The notes beneath the pieces were generated by a model. It was not told the origin of the DNA and made no database searches. It saw only the letters and a list, made by a program, of their open reading frames with translations. Source: Cenarchaeum sp. (GTDB lineage Archaea > Thermoproteota > Nitrososphaeria > Nitrososphaerales > Nitrosopumilaceae). From it: 64,000 nucleotides of DNA. Where the stretch lies: NCBI GenBank assembly GCA_965242695.1, contig CBDESU010000002.1, positions 480,001 through 544,000 of the forward strand, written 5' to 3'. This document shows, piece by piece, positions 27,834 through 37,218 of this stretch (position 1 is its first letter; each line of letters begins with the position of its first letter). Position numbers and translations under genes: made by a program.

Positions 27834-29096
27834 GTGACGTTCGAGGTCCGGGTCAGGTCGGTGGACCAAGAGTCGCCGTACGCGTACCCCTCAAGGAGTG
27901 TCGAGATAGCCACCAGCTCGGGCAAGGTGACAACCCCGGACAGGGCGGCCACGCTCTACGAGTACAACAAAAAGGCGTCCGTGCCCACCAACGTGCCCCT
28001 AGACAACGACGTGAGCCTGGCCGTAAAGAGGCCGAATGCGGCCACGCTTGCAAGGTTTCTCGGGGAAAACGGCGTGGCGCGGCGGTGGGGAAGGGAGATG
28101 AGGGGCGCCGCCAGGAGGATGTCATACTCGGCGCTCAGTGCGTACCTGGTCCAGCCGACGACCGCCGACATGCCGGCGAGGAAGAAGGGCGGAAAGGAGG
28201 TTGCGCCGGCCGTGCCCTCTGGCACAAGCTACCTGAGATCCAGCCCCGAAAAGATGGAGGTCTTTTTGCGCATTCTGCTCCGGCTGCAGGTCGACGCCGG
28301 CCTCGGCGTCGTCGCCGTGCCGTACCTCGGGCTGCCCCTGTCGGAGTACAAGAGGACGGTCAGGAAAGTCTGCAAGGCCGCCGCCGGCCTCGGCGCCGAA
28401 CCCATGGTTGCCTTTGACCTAGAGTACCAGAAGGGGGGCAGCGGGTTCAAGGAGGCCATGTCGTTCCTGGTGCGGGACATGGGCGTCAGGCTGGTCGCGT
28501 TCCCTGGCCGCTCGTACGCTGGCGCCCCCGTGTCGTACGACGCGCTGGCAGGGTACGCCGAGTCCGACGTGGCGTTCGTCTCGTTCGACACCGACAGGCC
28601 GTACCAGAGGCTCAACCCCCTCTCCAAGATGCACGCGTTCCCGTTCATCGGCACAGACATCTACGCCATAGGGACGCCGCGGTTCGTGCCAGGGGCGGCC
28701 GAAGCGGGCCCCGGCGGCGCCGGCGCGGGCGGCTCTGGCGGCGCCGGCGCTGGATCTGCCCTTGACAGCGTGAAGTTCTTTGAGCCGTCTAGCCTGACGA
28801 TCCGGCCGTCGGCCGAGCGGGTGGGGGATCCGGCCGCCCTGCTAGACGAGATCGGCGAGCGGGGCAACGCGCAGCTGCGCGGCATGCTCGAGGAATACGA
28901 GTCGGCCCGGGACAATCCCGACAAGGCCGCCGCCCTCTCGTCGCTCTCTAGGGTGCACGAGCTGGTGTCGAGCACCGCCGAGTTCGGAAGCCTCAGGGAC
29001 TGGATCAGAAAGGGCGAGACAGCAGAATACGTCAAGGAAAAGCCAAGGCTGGAGACGACCCTGGCGGATCTAGAACAAAAGCGGAAGGGGCGCTGA
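27834..29096 (+). CDS. 420-aa protein, possible tRNA-guanine-transglycosylase (TGT)-like TIM barrel
   Basis: GTG overlaps the stop of the wHTH gene. N-term MTFEVRVRSVD...SRSVEIATSSGKVTTP recalls the TGT N-terminal F...R.G.I.T..G...TP motif; alternating beta/alpha pattern; no TGT zinc site seen. Confidence 0.6.
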   Translation: MTFEVRVRSVDQESPYAYPSRSVEIATSSGKVTTPDRAATLYEYNKKASVPTNVPLDNDVSLAVKRPNAATLARFLGENGVARRWGREMRGAARRMSYSALSAYLVQPTTADMPARKKGGKEVAPAVPSGTSYLRSSPEKMEVFLRILLRLQVDAGLGVVAVPYLGLPLSEYKRTVRKVCKAAAGLGAEPMVAFDLEYQKGGSGFKEAMSFLVRDMGVRLVAFPGRSYAGAPVSYDALAGYAESDVAFVSFDTDRPYQRLNPLSKMHAFPFIGTDIYAIGTPRFVPGAAEAGPGGAGAGGSGGAGAGSALDSVKFFEPSSLTIRPSAERVGDPAALLDEIGERGNAQLRGMLEEYESARDNPDKAAALSSLSRVHELVSSTAEFGSLRDWIRKGETAEYVKEKPRLETTLADLEQKRKGR

Positions 29097-29386
29097 TGCG
29101 GCCCGCGCCGATGGCACCCCGGCGGGCGAAAGCGCGGGGCTGCGCCATCAAAAGCGCCCGCCGCAGTCATGGCAAGTCCGCATGCAAGACACGCATGACC
29201 TGTTCGCCATCCACCGCTGCAGCATTCAACAAAAAAAAACGGCCAAGGTGTGGCAACCAGGGACGAATCTGAGTTGCGCAAGCTTGGCCGCCCGTTGGCC
29301 CGCTCACACAAGATCATATCCAGAGACAACATTGCAGGCGATGCCAAGTGCATTGAACTGCCATCAAGCTTGGAAAGAAATCGATC

Positions 29387-29842
29387 CTATCCGCCAATAT
29401 GTACACATGCCTCAATCAATTTTAATATGGGGCCTATATTTTTAATACCATGTTCTTTTATTAAATCACCCAAGTGCGGGCTTTTGGTACGCAGTGCCTC
29501 TGCAACTTTGTTATCCTGCGCTTCTATCACCGACTCTGGGACTTTGCCTTGGTTGCAGGCCTCCTGTATGTTCGACAGGTTTCTGCGAACATAGTGTATG
29601 CCCTTGTTGGAGATTCTGTACGTTGTTGAGACACGGCCGAACACTGAGTCGGGCGGGCCGCTTTCTATATACCCTGCCGAATGGAGCTTGGAAAGCTCGT
29701 CGTCTTCGGCTCCCTCCGGCAGTGCCATTATTGCAGAATCGCAGCATCTCAGTAGCAGATTCTTGCTGTCGTACAGATTTGACGGGTGTTCAAACATCGT
29801 GAACAGCGTCCACAGCTGGAACGGCGTGAGGGCGGCGCTCAT
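29387..29842 (-). CDS. hypothetical winged-helix protein
   Basis: ELSKLHSAGYIE...TYRISNKGIHYV wHTH signature; TATA-like ATATATA at ~29864-29870. Confidence 0.65.
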   Translation of the reverse strand: MSAALTPFQLWTLFTMFEHPSNLYDSKNLLLRCCDSAIMALPEGAEDDELSKLHSAGYIESGPPDSVFGRVSTTYRISNKGIHYVRRNLSNIQEACNQGKVPESVIEAQDNKVAEALRTKSPHLGDLIKEHGIKNIGPILKLIEACVHIGG

Positions 29843-30385
29843 GAACGAGCGTTCAAGGTCGGCTATATATGCCTACTATTTAGGAGGGTGAGGCATGGCG
29901 CCGGCTGCCGGATGCGCGACGCCTGCAGTACGGTGGCAACAACAGCTGGCACGATGAGGTGCGGCGGGGCATGCCGGATGCGTGCAGGGCAAATCTGGGC
30001 TTGCAGGCATCGCCGGTCTGCGCTACTCGCAGGCGCGTTCGCGCCGCCCCCCTTGAAAGGGTAGTAAGTCGCTAGCCTTCGGAAGGCGGACATGCGACGG
30101 ATCGCCTGCCGCTACGCCCCCCAAGAAGAGAGGTACGCCTGACTCCACGATGCGGCAGCCAGCCTAGCGATGGCGATGTGATTGGCCATGCCACGGGGTA
30201 GCTCCACAACCCCCATACGGCGCTCTGCAACAGAGTCTCGGGCGCTCTTTGATGCGGACTCCCGTCATTCCTGCGGGGACGCCATCCCAAGCCCCGCCTA
30301 GGCAAGCAAGTGAAATTGTGCACCGAGCACAGGCCAAGCTGCATGGCCTGCCGGCCCCTACGGCAGATCCGGGATCAAAGGCGGG

Positions 30386-31015
30386 CTAGGCGCGCACGAG
30401 CAGCAGGCCCAGGCAGTCGGCCACGTTCCGGACTTCGTCGTCGTGGTCAAACGCGGACGAGCAGTGCAGCTCCGACGTGGCGCCTCTGCCGCATATGTTG
30501 AGGATGCACTTGCTGGCGGGTATGGCCTCGGGGCTTGTCGGGATGTGGTATGCGAAGGGGCCGCCGTGCAGCAGCAGGATGCCCAGCGTGTCGTCCGGAA
30601 GCTGCGCGAGCTTCTTGCGGACCTTTGCCCCGTCATGCTCGAGGTGCGTCGGGACACCTCCAAGGTTGGTCGGGACGCCCAGGCGTTGTCCAACGTCGAT
30701 GCTTTGCGGGGTCCCCGGATGCAGCTGGGCCGCCAGTATGTGGCCGTGCGCGTTCATGCCGTGCCACACTTGGATGTTGATCCAGCCGTCCAGCTGTATG
30801 TCGACATCGTGCCCGCCCGTCGACGCCTCGATGTCGGTAATCCGGTAACGCGCGCAGTCGTGTAGCCTCCTTGCATAGTGCGCGTGGACGTAGTGGCCGT
30901 AGGAGCCCCCGCTCGCCATCTTGTCGTAGAGCCTGTCCATGTTCGGCACGCGGGTGCGATTCTCCTTGACCCAGCGGAAGAGATCGCCGGGCGACCACGG
31001 CTGGCCGCTGTGCAT
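30386..31015 (-). CDS. hypothetical protein, possible PD-(D/E)XK-fold
   Basis: DIEA...HDVDIQLDGWINIQVW...VRKKLAQLP pattern; AT-rich box about 25 bp upstream. Confidence 0.6.
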   Translation of the reverse strand: MHSGQPWSPGDLFRWVKENRTRVPNMDRLYDKMASGGSYGHYVHAHYARRLHDCARYRITDIEASTGGHDVDIQLDGWINIQVWHGMNAHGHILAAQLHPGTPQSIDVGQRLGVPTNLGGVPTHLEHDGAKVRKKLAQLPDDTLGILLLHGGPFAYHIPTSPEAIPASKCILNICGRGATSELHCSSAFDHDDEVRNVADCLGLLLVRA

Positions 31016-31162
31016 GCTGGCAGGGCGGAACCGGGCCTATTTAGTGAACGCGGGCGGGCTCCAAGGGGGCGGGGCCCCGATCCCCATCCCTCGCCGGCCG
31101 GAGCCCGGGGCGCATCCGCCGCCCGCCGCGGCCCGGCCGCCGGCATCGCGGGCGGGCGGGCG

Positions 31163-32272
31163 CTAGCCGGGCGATCGCCCCGGATCCCGCCGGTTCGGTG
31201 CGCCGAGTACGCTGTTGCAGAACCTGCGCGTGTTCCTCCACTTGAACGCCGACTCGATGTCGGGGGTCGCGTTTGCCCTGTCGTCTATGATCCCGACGAT
31301 GTCCTCTATCGCATCGCCGCCGCCGTCGTCGGCCTCGTCGCACTGCCCCGGCCAGTTCACGGCCCACGCGTCCTGCTCGACCGATGCCTTGAGCGGTATG
31401 TCGTGCATCGCGTACAGGCCGTTGCCGGGGTGGCCCGAGTGCGGTATGGCCCTCGTCAGGACGCCGTTGGCGCTCGGCGCCGCGGATATCCCGATCCACT
31501 GCGGCAGGCCGTGGTACATGGCCGCCTCGTCCACGGCCGGCCCGGTGACCAGGTTCTTGGCGTGCCGCAGGAACCTGCCGCATGCGACGCATCCCCTGAC
31601 CGGTATGTCCTCGCGTATGCTGTGCACTACGACCGGCCACGAGGCGCGGCTGAACGCGAACAAGAGGTCGCCGTAGCTCTTCCCCTCGGCCGTCACGAAC
31701 AGCGTGTCCGAAAAGGCCATGGTGCTCAGGCCGACGAGCGCCTTGTCTCCCTGCAAGAGGCCCCGGGCGTCCCGCAGCAGGCGCTTCCACTTCCTGTGCA
31801 CGGCCCTTCCGTCGCCGCCCCTCCAGGAGCCCTTGACCCCGAGGACGTCTATGATCGCCACTATCCCGTCGCTTTCCATGTCGGCCGGGCCGTCGTCGCG
31901 CGCCGGCCTCGAGTTCTTCTTGCGCTTGTACTCCTCCCACTCGCGGAACGGCGCCGAGGTCCTGCGGAGGAACTCTAGGTCGATCATCTTCGGGTCCCTG
32001 GACAGCACGGCCTGCCCCTCGCCGGTTATGCGGAACTCGCCGAGGACGGTGTTCTTGAGCAGGGCCGCCTTTCGAAGGTCGGTGACGCACCTTGTCACGG
32101 CGATGTCGAACTTGCGCCTCGAGGTCTTGGGCGTGAGCAGGGCCCGCTCGTCCTCGCCTACGCCGAGCTCGCCGGCGACGGTTCCGATGACGTCCCGTAT
32201 CGTGTGCACGCCGCCGTCCCCGATCATGCGCAGTATCGGAAGGCGCATGGCATCGCCGGGCGGAATAGGCAC
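31163..32272 (-). CDS. Mrr N-terminal wHTH fused to class III nucleotide-cyclase-like domain
   Basis: GTG 32272 after a CTTATA box. Mrr_N: PIP...MRLPILRMIGDG.VH...LGVGEDER..L...LRKAALL...G.FRITGEG..VL. Cyclase-like: VAIIDVLGVK...AFSDTLFV...PVRGCVACG...GPAVDEA. Confidence 0.8.
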   Translation of the reverse strand: MPIPPGDAMRLPILRMIGDGGVHTIRDVIGTVAGELGVGEDERALLTPKTSRRKFDIAVTRCVTDLRKAALLKNTVLGEFRITGEGQAVLSRDPKMIDLEFLRRTSAPFREWEEYKRKKNSRPARDDGPADMESDGIVAIIDVLGVKGSWRGGDGRAVHRKWKRLLRDARGLLQGDKALVGLSTMAFSDTLFVTAEGKSYGDLLFAFSRASWPVVVHSIREDIPVRGCVACGRFLRHAKNLVTGPAVDEAAMYHGLPQWIGISAAPSANGVLTRAIPHSGHPGNGLYAMHDIPLKASVEQDAWAVNWPGQCDEADDGGGDAIEDIVGIIDDRANATPDIESAFKWRNTRRFCNSVLGAPNRRDPGRSPG

Positions 32273-32717
32273 CGCCGGGCGGGATCCGCGCGCCGTATAA
32301 GGGCTTGGCAGGGCGGCGCGCCTAGCGGCGCGGGATCGGGGCCGCATCATCCGGTATGTCGATCTCGTGGAGTCGGGAGCGCACGTGGTAGACGACGTCT
32401 ACCTCTTTGCGCAAGAAAGCCGGTAACAGGGGCGTCGCGGCGCGCCGTCCCCAAGCGCTCATGCCGCCGCGACGGCCCGATCCGCCCCCTACTTGCCCGG
32501 TAGTGCAGTCTGCTGACATGTAAGGTCTCCGCATACATGCGGTCCGCGAAGACAAAGCGAAAGCCCTACAGATGGATCGTCTCCGCCAAAACGGCGGCCG
32601 AGCCGCACGCATCGGAGAGCCGCGGCGCCGGCCCTACCTGCAGCGCGTTGGCAACGTGCCCTCCCCGTCTTGAACACGAGTGAGGGCAACCAAACTCCAC
32701 AGGGACAGAATCCGCCG

Positions 32718-34502
32718 TCATACGCGTCGCACGCCAAGTATCTCGCACAGCGTTGTCACAAACGGATCAGGGCCTTTCGCGTACTCATTTTTTCTTCCCC
32801 GGTACAGGTTCTCTAGGCGGTTCTCTTCGCGAAGCGGGTCGCGCAAATAGTACATTTTCTGTCCGTGTAGGGGCTTGCCGTCATGGCCCCCTATGACTTC
32901 CGTAATTTCGCCCGCAATCCAAGTGACAAGACCCTCTAACACGTCGGCTATTTTATCCATGACGTTGGCATCGTAGTGGATCGCGTTGTAGATGATTGCA
33001 TCTACGATGGCATTTTTTGTGTCCTTATCTATTGACTCAAATATTTTGCCGGCCATGCCTATCACGTAATACTGCCCAATCTTATACTTCAACAAAAACC
33101 TAGCATTCTTAACATCTTCGGTCTCAGTGGCGGTGTCGTTCTCAATTCGCTTTTTGATGCCGACAAGCAGGTAGTCAAATACGCTAGGAATGATAAAGTC
33201 TTTGGGATCTGCGTCCTTGTAAAGGCTAGAAAATGGCTCAGCCTCGACCGGATCGTTCACATCAAACTTAAAGATCGCTGCCGCCGATAGCTGCATCGAC
33301 CAATGGGGATTTCCGGTGTATGCCAGCTTTAGCCTGGCGGCGTCTACATTTTTGATCAGATACAGCCTCTGCTTGCTTTTAGGATGTTCGGCATTACTCA
33401 GCCACTGTCCCCTTTTCCGCTCGAAGAGGAACTTGTCGTACTCGCGGAACCGCTCCTCGAGCTTCTTCAGGTACGGGTGGTCGGATTGCAGGTCCGGGCT
33501 CTTTATGACGCTCTGGTCGTTTGTGCAGTTGCTTATCTTTTCGCCAAATTCGCTATCGTTTGTTTCTGACAAGCGGATCACCAGTGCCGCGCGCGGATCA
33601 ACCCCATCCATACGGTCTATGGTCGTGATGGTCTGGCATCCGTTGACGACCTTCAAGTTGTCTATGCGCGCAATGCCGGTGTTCTTGTCATATTCAAAAC
33701 GCTTGCACACTGCACTGATGCCGTTGTTGTAGTGCCAGAGCCGTTCAGGCGTTGATTCCACAGTTTCTTTGATTTTCTTAGAAATGGAGGATTTCGCCCT
33801 CAGAGGCAATCTTGGGTTGAGTGAAAAAAGCGTCGGAATGCCGATGGACTTGCACACTTTCTTTAGCTCAAGGGCAGGCACAGTGGCAACCATCCTTTTT
33901 AATTTCGTTTTGTCGGGAGTTCCCACGAAGCACTCATCCTTGACTAGGCGCAGTTCACACGGAGGGCTTTTTGGGTTCCCCACATAGGCAATCAACTCCT
34001 TGGTTTCGATGAATTTGAATGTTATGTCCCCGAACGTGTTTTGATCTTCCAAGAGCGGTGCACGCCTTGCGGGTTCGGGCAGTCGACCTGTTGTGATAAA
34101 AAGCAAACGCGTCGCATATTTCTGCGCCAGTGCCTTTTTGTACATCACTTGCTGCTCTCGGAAGCGCAAGCTACGTTCGTCGGTGTTGAACAACAGCTTT
34201 CTTGGAATCCCGTAAAAGTCTAAGACCGCTTTCGACTCTACCTTGCCCGATTCGTGCTCGGCGAATTTTGCCTGTATAATTTCGACGGTTTTGTTCTCGT
34301 CATCTACGTGGAAGTAGTCTATTCCCCCGTCAACTCCCATGGCGCCCTCCAGCCTGTCGCTCACATCCTTGTCTTCGACCCCGAGTACGTTTGCGGCAGA
34401 CCAGTGCTGGAATGCCCGACCAAGATCGGGGTATGAGCGGTAGTCCCGTATGTGCTTCACTTCCTCCACAAGTACGCGGCGCAGCTCTGCCTCCTTGTCC
34501 AT
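32718..34502 (-). CDS. AIPR-family protein
   Basis: DGGIDYF...IIQAKF N-terminal nuclease-like part; LFSLNPRLPL, LWHYNNGISAVC, VVNGCQT, TNDQS.I...DL; lower GC. Confidence 0.9.
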   Translation of the reverse strand: MDKEAELRRVLVEEVKHIRDYRSYPDLGRAFQHWSAANVLGVEDKDVSDRLEGAMGVDGGIDYFHVDDENKTVEIIQAKFAEHESGKVESKAVLDFYGIPRKLLFNTDERSLRFREQQVMYKKALAQKYATRLLFITTGRLPEPARRAPLLEDQNTFGDITFKFIETKELIAYVGNPKSPPCELRLVKDECFVGTPDKTKLKRMVATVPALELKKVCKSIGIPTLFSLNPRLPLRAKSSISKKIKETVESTPERLWHYNNGISAVCKRFEYDKNTGIARIDNLKVVNGCQTITTIDRMDGVDPRAALVIRLSETNDSEFGEKISNCTNDQSVIKSPDLQSDHPYLKKLEERFREYDKFLFERKRGQWLSNAEHPKSKQRLYLIKNVDAARLKLAYTGNPHWSMQLSAAAIFKFDVNDPVEAEPFSSLYKDADPKDFIIPSVFDYLLVGIKKRIENDTATETEDVKNARFLLKYKIGQYYVIGMAGKIFESIDKDTKNAIVDAIIYNAIHYDANVMDKIADVLEGLVTWIAGEITEVIGGHDGKPLHGQKMYYLRDPLREENRLENLYRGRKNEYAKGPDPFVTTLCEILGVRRV

Positions 34503-34748
34503 TCAGCGAGCCCGACTCCTTGGCGTATATCAACATGCCCGTATGCGTGCGCATGCATTACTGTCGGTACATTTGAATGGCATTTGACGTTGCACGGTGC
34601 GGCGGACGAGGTTAGAATGTGCGTCCAATTTCGCCTTGCGTGTGTTGATGCGCGCCGGGGGCGTGTAGCCACCGCGCGAATCTCTTGCATCATGGCATCG
34701 AGCCGGGTAAAGCTCCTTGCCTCGGTAGGCTCGTCCAACGCTTTGAGC

Positions 34749-34990
34749 GCAAGCGCTCGCACGCCTCAGGGCTTGCCAGGAGGAGCAATTCGCACCTGGC
34801 AGCCCGCGGGCCGATCAGATATGCGCCGGATCCCTGCCGGCAGGAGCAGGCCGTGCATCTTCAACGTCGCTCTACAGGACATCAGGGCGCAGAGCACCGT
34901 TGCTTCGGCCGCCGAACGCGGCGCACCCCACATATTCCGCAGGACGACCTGCTCGCGCAGCAGTCTTTCGGGAGATTGCCCGCAGGCGGC
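34749..34990 (-). mobile_element. IS66 relic (3' end of transposase plus end motif)
   Basis: ERLLREQVVLRNMWGAPRSAAEATVLCALMSCRATLKMHGL matches the C-terminus of the 59260 transposase; GCAAGCGCTCGCAC at 34749 matches GCAAGTGCTCACAC at 59194. Confidence 0.8.
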
Positions 34991-35364
34991 ACCACGAACA
35001 TAAGCAAGCCGTCTCGACGCTGGCGAGCCTAGCCGTGAACTCGGGCAGAGGGATCGCCACGGTGCGCGGCAACGATCATTTCTAATAACGCGAAGGGTTT
35101 TTGCAATGCACACACCGCATATCGGGCATCCGATGGCTGATTTTAGGGGTCGGGCAGATCGCATCCGTAGCCGCCTCGGCTTTTCACTGCAAGGGCATTG
35201 TGACGCGACTGTGGCTGCCCTGCAACTCCAACATAGGCACAGGCGATCAACTGCCACGTGACCGACGGGTCGCGCGTGTGCGCGTAGGACAGCATGGTCA
35301 CATCTCCCGTCGTGCTAACTTGTCAGCAGGGATTGAAGCCGCTCCGTCAATTGCCTCGCCACGT

Positions 35365-35626
35365 TCATGCCTGCCGCCCTGTATGTATGCGAATGGGGAG
35401 TGCAACGGCCGCACCCGTCAATACTGTAACCATAATGGGAACAAGTATGCACAATCGTGTTCCTGTGTACGCATCTCTCACTCCACTCTGGATTGTCGAT
35501 AGATCCACAATCGGTGACATCTGTTGTGATTCCGGCAGCGTCTAGGACATGGGGGGCGATGAAAAAGAATCCGATCGCGGCGCCGGCGGCAAAGGCGCCC
35601 TTACCAATCGACTCATGTCCGGTCAC
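35365..35626 (-). pseudogene. possible small two-TM protein gene with a frameshift
   Basis: TTTATAA box at 35647-53, GTG 35626; GAFAAGAAIGFFFIAP in one frame and LCILVPIMVTVLTGAAVALP* in another. Confidence 0.3.
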
Positions 35627-35753
35627 TGCAAGGATCCTCTCAGGGGTTATAAACACACAGAACCGCGACACGTGGCATCGCCTGCCGGCCGCCCCGGACG
35701 CATCGCCGACTCTGCATCCGCGCATCCTCCCGTGCGGGCGGCAGTGCGGCGGC

Positions 35754-37205
35754 CTACGGGCCGCTGCGGCGCCAGAACCCCGTGCGCGGCCTGTCGGACT
35801 CCGGCGATCCCGCCGCGGCCACGGCCGCCCTGCCCAGCAGCAGCGTGAGGGTCGCCTCAAACTCGCGCGACATGTCCAATGTGCCGCTAGCCGCGTGGGC
35901 CGCCTCGTGCAGGAGCGTGCCCGCGTACTCTTCTGCGCTCGACAGCGCGTCCCTCTTGATGACGATCCAGCCCCTGCCCGGATCCCACACGCCGGCGGTG
36001 CAGTCGGTGGCTAGCATCCTCATGGTCTCCGATATTCGCACCGGTATGTCGCCCATCCCAAGCCTGGCCGTTGCCAGTATGCGGGGCGTCATGTCGTAGA
36101 CGGCGCGCTCGGCATCGGTGAGGTCCCCGGCCTCTACGAACTTGTACTCGAAGCTCTTGTTGTACTCCTCCCTGTAGACGCCCAGGTCCCGCACCTCGTT
36201 CCCCGACGCGTCCGTCGCGCCGCTGATCTTGTCCCGGACGGCCTCTGGCACCACCGTGACCGTCATGCCGTCCCGCTTCGCCTGGTCTACCGCCTCGGCA
36301 TTGTTCTCAAGCTGCGCCGGGGTGACAAACACCGTGCGCGTCGACTCGTTGTGTATCTTGCAGGCGTGGGTCGATACGTCGACCCACTTCATCTCGTCCG
36401 GCTGCGTGCCGCTTCCGTACCCGTCCAGCGTGCCGGCGAGCCGCCTTGCGACGTCCTTGTCCGTGCTGGCCAGCAGTATGTCCTTGACCCTGCCCGTGTA
36501 CGCGGTCCGCCCGACGTTGGTTCGCTCGCGGTTGAGCGCCTTGCGCATCGTTCCTGTCAGCGACGTAATGTTGTACGAGAACAGAAAGTTGTCCTCCTCG
36601 GCGGCCGCGACCCCGTTCACGTATATGCGCGCCGGCCCGCCTGCCGCGCGCTCGAGTATGTCGCCGTACTGCGTGCGGTCAAGGGCGGTCTCGCCGCTGA
36701 ACTTGAGGAACAGCCGCCTTGCCCTGTCCATGTCGCCGCCGGTGCAGCCGTCAAGGACGACCAGGGTGCCCTCAAGCGCGGGGTCGGACGGCGGGGCCAC
36801 GGAGGCGTGGAGCGTGACAACATCGTCAAAGCCGTGCTTTGACGACTTTGTTATGGTGATGTCCCCGTGCCTCGACCTGAGTGCGACGCCGATATGGTGG
36901 CGATCGAACGTCGCCAGGGCGTCCTTGAGGCCCACGCCGAACTTGCCTATGACCCTGCCCGGGTTGGCCAGCTTTTCCTCGTTCTCGTTCTGGGTAAGGT
37001 GCGCGTACCGTATGCCTCGCCCGTAGTCGCGGATCTCAAAGTGCGTGCCGCCGCCAGTGATCGCGATGTCCGGCGTACCCGTCAGCACCTGCTCGTCGAG
37101 TGCGTTGGCGATGACCTCCCTGATCGCGTGGTAGACCTCCCAGTCGTCCAGCACCGTCTCGACGTTCAGGTCGAACCGCCTTGGTGTAGTGCCTTCCATC
37201 GCCAT
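35754..37205 (-). CDS. GHKL (HSP90/histidine-kinase-like) ATPase with C-terminal zincin HExxH motif
   Basis: IREVIANALD, IRDYGRGI, IGKFGVGLK, GT; C-term AGVWD...IVI...GTLLHEAAH. Confidence 0.85.
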   Translation of the reverse strand: MAMEGTTPRRFDLNVETVLDDWEVYHAIREVIANALDEQVLTGTPDIAITGGGTHFEIRDYGRGIRYAHLTQNENEEKLANPGRVIGKFGVGLKDALATFDRHHIGVALRSRHGDITITKSSKHGFDDVVTLHASVAPPSDPALEGTLVVLDGCTGGDMDRARRLFLKFSGETALDRTQYGDILERAAGGPARIYVNGVAAAEEDNFLFSYNITSLTGTMRKALNRERTNVGRTAYTGRVKDILLASTDKDVARRLAGTLDGYGSGTQPDEMKWVDVSTHACKIHNESTRTVFVTPAQLENNAEAVDQAKRDGMTVTVVPEAVRDKISGATDASGNEVRDLGVYREEYNKSFEYKFVEAGDLTDAERAVYDMTPRILATARLGMGDIPVRISETMRMLATDCTAGVWDPGRGWIVIKRDALSSAEEYAGTLLHEAAHAASGTLDMSREFEATLTLLLGRAAVAAAGSPESDRPRTGFWRRSGP

Positions 37206-37218
37206 TCGCCCCGCAGCG

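Larger units (their letters stand above)
24046..27837 (+). pseudogene. YwgA/SocA-like wHTH gene interrupted by IS630 and IS5
   Basis: DLILLLL..QDKPIVGRTLLFKELF...FVPHCYGPYS. Removing both IS plus one TSD each joins 24046-24416 + 25983-26046 + 27682-27837 (591 nt) into an open frame: ...GTAAYAPTRKGLKR...GPDARMRKFRKGLGQ...YKAITWGRGV*. Confidence 0.85.

Noticed and set aside
26646-29096. 816-aa ORF in the track
   Set aside because: The first 396 codons are an alternate frame of the IS5 element and the wHTH tail; the real gene starts at GTG 27834.
35549-35848. ORF starting MGGDEKES, like the micro-ORF MGDDEKP
   Set aside because: Similarity is limited to the first residues, it lacks the LxGxIKK motif, and it overlaps minus-strand genes.
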